This document shows, piece after piece, positions 61,501 through 64,000 of a DNA stretch of 64,000 bases; the stretch's first letter is position 1; each line of letters opens with the position of its first letter. The DNA comes from Felis catus (lineage: Eukaryota). The stretch covers positions 192,512,001 to 192,576,000 of the forward strand of contig NC_058368.1 in NCBI RefSeq assembly GCF_018350175.1, read 5' to 3'. Made by a program: the position numbers and the translations under genes. The notes below the pieces were generated by a model that had not been told where the DNA came from, searched no databases, and saw only the letters and a list, made by a program, of their open reading frames with translations.

Positions 61501-63574
61501 GGAATCACACCTGAGAGTCAAGTTTAAGTGACCATCTTTGTATTCATGGAATTGAATCCTTGGCTTTTCAGGGCACAAGGTGCTGTCCAAGGTCATCGAG
61601 ACCAATCCCTAATTTTACAAATTTGGAAACTCTTCATGCATGTGTACGGACACAGAGTCCTATATATGTGTGAGGGACAGCACCCAAGTGTTTGGGGTTC
61701 TGATCTTACCTCTGCCATGACCATAGAAATTTCTGGGCTTACTTACCTCAGTTTTTTTCTCAGTTGTGAAATGGGCATAGGCAAAAGCTTCTTCTTAACG
61801 GCTTTGAGGGTTATATGGATGAGATCTGTAAAGCACTTTGTACAGTGCCGGATGTCTGGTAAAGGCTTAATACACTGGGCTCCTATTCCTTGTTTCTCAG
61901 AAACATATTTTCATGGTCTGATTTAGGAAATAACGATACTGGGAAATGCTTGCTGGGTTCTTAAATAGAGGAAAGTATGGATTTCTCCAAGAACTTGGGG
62001 GGTCAAATGAATATTAGCTGCAAGAATGCTTACGCTTCCCTTATTCAACACCGTGTTTGGAATCCTAAGGGCAGGGCACCATGTGGCTCTAGGGAAATAA
62101 CACTGAAGACACTGCCCCTGCCCTCAAGCTGCTCAAACCTCCCAGCTGGACAGGAAGATGCGTGGCCAAAAGCACACAGTTTGCGTTGTTGAGAAAGCTC
62201 TGTTAATGGCGGCACTAGGAAAACATGAATAATTCCAACCAGCAGGATCCAGTAAGCAGGAAGGCAGCCTTTGAGTTGATCCATTAAGAATGGGAAGAAT
62301 TTCCTTCAAAAATAAAAGGGAAGATTAAAAAAGAAATCTGCCAAAAAAAAAAAAATCTGCCCTCTTCTACATTTCCAACCTCTGCTTCTTCTTCAAAAGC
62401 CACTTCCTTCCAAAAGCCTTCTAGGAGCACTCTTTAATATAAGTGGGATTCTCCGTCTTTTGGAATCCCCATAACCCACTATCTGCTCAGTTCATTTGGC
62501 TTGATCACCACTATTTGGTATTTATGGATTTCTGGGGCTCTTTTCCTCACCTGGATTTTTTTTCTGTTAAAGAAAACTCTCTGAGGGACTTTCTTACACA
62601 CAGTGGGCACTCAGTAACTGAACTGACAGGTGCAGTTCTAATGCCCAAATCAGGGCACGGAGACAAGAGGCTATGTCGTGGGCCCCTGGGATCTGAATTC
62701 CCTGCCTTCAGGTGCCTCTGACCTTGGAGAGGACTCTCCTCTGGAGAGCCACTTCACCTCTACTGTAACAGCAAAGATATGTGAGCCTCCTTTTCCATCC
62801 AGCCCTGGACCTTCTCCAACAACCCCACCTCGCCCTGATGCCCAGAACATCCCAGACTTCAGCCTCCACTGGGTAACGCATAGAGCGTGTGGTCTGTGGG
62901 GTCATGGTGACACCCCACCAGGCAGGCTCTGGCCTTTAGGTGGCTGGCTCCTGGGGGACTCTTACTGGGTGAAGCAGTGACGGGCATACTCTTCACTGGA
63001 CATTTCATATATGACTTTATATCATCCTCATAATGCTGATAAATAGGGGGTATCATTTTACCCAGTTTATAGATGAGGAAACAGGAATTTAAGCTCGCCA
63101 TTCCCCGTCTAGACCATTTGATCTGCAGTGCTTTTCAAACCCATTCTTTCCCCTCCATGCCCACTGCCACCACGCTGGCCTGAGCTCCCATCGCCTTTTG
63201 CCTAGAAAGATGCCACAGGCTCCCAGCTGGTCTCCCTGCCACCTCTGTGACCCCCACAGGTCTGTCCTGCTGACTTTTTGTTTTACAAGCCTGTTAACTT
63301 CTTTATGCATTTGCCCATAACACATGCATATGTATGTACATATAGTTTACATAAACACCTTGAAGTGATCAGAAATAGACTTCATCCAGTCAGTGGAGTT
63401 TTCTTTCTTTTCTGTTTGGCTCCTCTTTTTCCATCTCCTCCTCTCCCCACAGCACCCCATGCCAACATCTGTTATGTGTCCTATCATGTTTTTATCAGTC
63501 CTCAGTCCTTCAAAACTAGGTGTTTGTACTCACCTATACATATACAGGGATAGTTTATCACTGTTTCTTTCTTT

Positions 63575-63753
63575 TTTAAATATCTTTTTGTTTAGTTGAG
63601 AGAGAGAGAGAGGCAGAGAGAGGGAAAGAGAGAGAATCCCAAGCAGGCTCTGCACCATCAGCACAGAACCCGACATGGGGCTCAAACTCACAAACTGTGA
63701 CATCATGAGCTGAAATTAAGAGTCAGTGGATTATTCAACCACCCAGGTGCCCC
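63575..63753 (-). mobile_element. Can-SINE
   Basis: (GA)n tract, ends ccacccaggtgcccc. Confidence 0.92.
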
Positions 63754-63873
63754 TCGAGTTATTTTTTTTCAAGCTCTATTTTTTTGCCTAATGACTTTTA
63801 GTATCTTTTGCCATACTAAATAAAGATTGCATATCTATATGAATACACACACATTAAAAAAAAATAGCTTCCT

Positions 63874-64000
63874 GGGGCGCCTGGGTGGCTCAGTCAGTTG
63901 AGCGACTGACTACAGCTCAGGTCATGATCTTATAGTTTGTGAGTTCAAGCCCCGCATCAGGCTCTGTGCTGACAGCTCAAGAGCCTGGAGCCTGCTTCTG
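63874..64000 (+). mobile_element. Can-SINE (cut by window edge)
   Basis: ggggcgcctgggtggctcagtcagttgagcg head. Confidence 0.95.

Noticed and set aside
1..64000. Naming the locus or neighbouring gene
   Set aside because: No recognisable coding exon is present. A BLAT/BLAST of the unique blocks against cat and human would be needed.

Overview
Eukaryotic, mammalian and almost certainly cat-family (Felidae) genomic DNA. The assignment rests on about 22 tRNA-derived Can-SINEs of the feliform/felid type and carnivore L1 3' ends. The window is essentially non-coding. It is a mosaic of Can-SINEs (three very young, near-identical copies), nested L1 fragments, L2, many MIRs, MaLR/ERVL LTRs, MER DNA-transposon relics and microsatellites. 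Between these lie three CpG-rich islands (~1.7-2.1, ~16.5-17.4, ~22.5-23.2 kb) and several repeat-free, motif-dense enhancer-like blocks. No protein-coding gene, RNA gene or CRISPR array can be supported. The listed ORFs are chance, low-complexity or decayed L1 ORF2 frames. The most interesting observations are (i) well-formed minus-strand splice signals suggesting an unrecognised spliced transcript starting at the CpG islands and running off the left edge, and (ii) several unusual retrotransposition scars: a re-used target site, tail-only insertions and a fold-back palindrome at a SINE 5' junction. I see no convincing evidence of a new biological system. Repeat subfamily names come from memory of consensus sequences, and old-repeat boundaries are approximate.
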